A stretch of DNA of 15,522 nt. Source: Oligoflexus sp. Lineage in GTDB: Bacteria; Bdellovibrionota_B; Oligoflexia; Oligoflexales; Oligoflexaceae. The stretch is taken from assembly GCA_041736305.1 (NCBI GenBank), contig JBGSTX010000131.1, forward strand, positions 1-15,522. Reading direction: 5' to 3'. The position numbers and the translations under genes were made by a program. The notes beneath the pieces are model-generated. The model made no database searches. It was not told where the DNA came from and saw only the letters and a list, made by a program, of their open reading frames with translations. Every line of letters starts with the position of its first letter. Positions within the stretch are counted from its first letter, which is position 1. Below are positions 14,726 to 15,522 of the stretch, in pieces.

Positions 14726-14905
14726 ATAGGTGTATACTTACATCTCTATGCACGAGACTCAAGATATATCTGCGTCGAAATCGTAAATTGTTGGTAAAGC
14801 TCACCGGGATGAAGGCTGCTCGCATAGAACTTCGACTTATGCAGAAATGCTGCTTGTTGGATTTACCTGATGGATATGCTATTGGCTGCTCGCTGGGAGG
14901 ATATG

Positions 14906-15484
14906 ATGCCTAAATATGTCAAAATGTTCGAGGGGGTCTTAACTCCCGAACTCTGTACTGAACTCATTCGTCGCTTTGAGGCAGATCCTCGCGTAAAAGC
15001 CGATCCGCAGCCAGATTATTCGACGCGTTCCTATTTAAATCTTTCAGAGATCTGGGACTGGCGTCGGCAAGTGCAAGGGGTAACTCAGATAGCAGATCCT
15101 CTGATTGCGGATTTCTTCCGCCTCCCTGCGCGTTATCGAGCAGCAGAGCAGAAAGATTGGGCGAACGATGGCTGGGTCTTGGCTCGTTACCGAACAGGGG
15201 ACGCTTGTATCTTTCACGACGATGCGCAGAGTCCTATTCCTCCGGCTAACGGACTCCGTCTCGCGACCCTTATCTTCTTTCTTAACGATGTTCCCGAAGG
15301 CGGCGAGCTCTACTTTCCCCTGCAGGAACTGAAGGTCAAGCCGAAGGAAGGGCGTGCGGTAATCTTCCCCGCGCAGGTCACGCATCCTCATGAAGTCTTA
15401 GCTACTGGCTCGCTACGTTATGTTTTGCAGACTTGGGTTATAGATCCTGATTTGGTGGTCGTGCATCGGGAGGAAGATACCTGA
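14906..15484 (+). CDS. 2-oxoglutarate/Fe(II)-dependent oxygenase (prolyl-4-hydroxylase-like)
   Basis: HxD (FHDD), R.ATLIFFLNDV.EGGEL.FP, distal His (THPHEV) and the 2OG-binding RY..QTW. GGAGG at 14896-14900 favours ATG 14906. Confidence 0.88.
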   Translation: MPKYVKMFEGVLTPELCTELIRRFEADPRVKADPQPDYSTRSYLNLSEIWDWRRQVQGVTQIADPLIADFFRLPARYRAAEQKDWANDGWVLARYRTGDACIFHDDAQSPIPPANGLRLATLIFFLNDVPEGGELYFPLQELKVKPKEGRAVIFPAQVTHPHEVLATGSLRYVLQTWVIDPDLVVVHREEDT

Positions 15485-15522
15485 ACTTTGCACACGGGCT
15501 CCCTGAATGTGGCAGGCTCTAG

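Noticed and set aside
10358..14913. ORFs antisense to or nested in the arg genes, and extended starts at 11988, 13075, 14825 and 14870
   Set aside because: Shadow ORFs. The extended starts overlap neighbouring genes or the operator and lack RBS support.
1..15522. CRISPR array, tRNA, rRNA, integrase or intact mobile element
   Set aside because: No regularly spaced repeats, cloverleaf motifs or intact recombinase/transposase ORFs were seen by eye.

Overview
Bacterial chromosomal window with Shine-Dalgarno-led genes. The host is uncertain; the gene mix suggests an Oligoflexia/Bdellovibrionota-like organism, which is inference only. From left to right: the 3' end of an unknown + strand gene; hexR (RpiR family) divergent from glk-eda, a partial Entner-Doudoroff module; an ~860-bp intergenic region with several hairpins, outward-facing terminators and a probable IS66 transposase remnant; a large uncharacterised lipoprotein with a CxxCH heme motif whose frame is interrupted by one in-frame TAG and then stays open for 103 more codons; a secreted multidomain GH13 alpha-amylase; a 132-aa orphan with a strong promoter and RBS; a DUF420 membrane protein; a Bacteroidota-type arginine operon (GNAT argA-like, argC, argD, argF', argB) preceded by ARG boxes, probably using N-succinylated intermediates and lacking argE/argG/argH; and a divergent 2OG-Fe(II) oxygenase. 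The most interesting signals are the amber-interrupted heme lipoprotein, the Gly90 ArgF' in an apparently imported arg operon, and the structured element at about 3090-3400.
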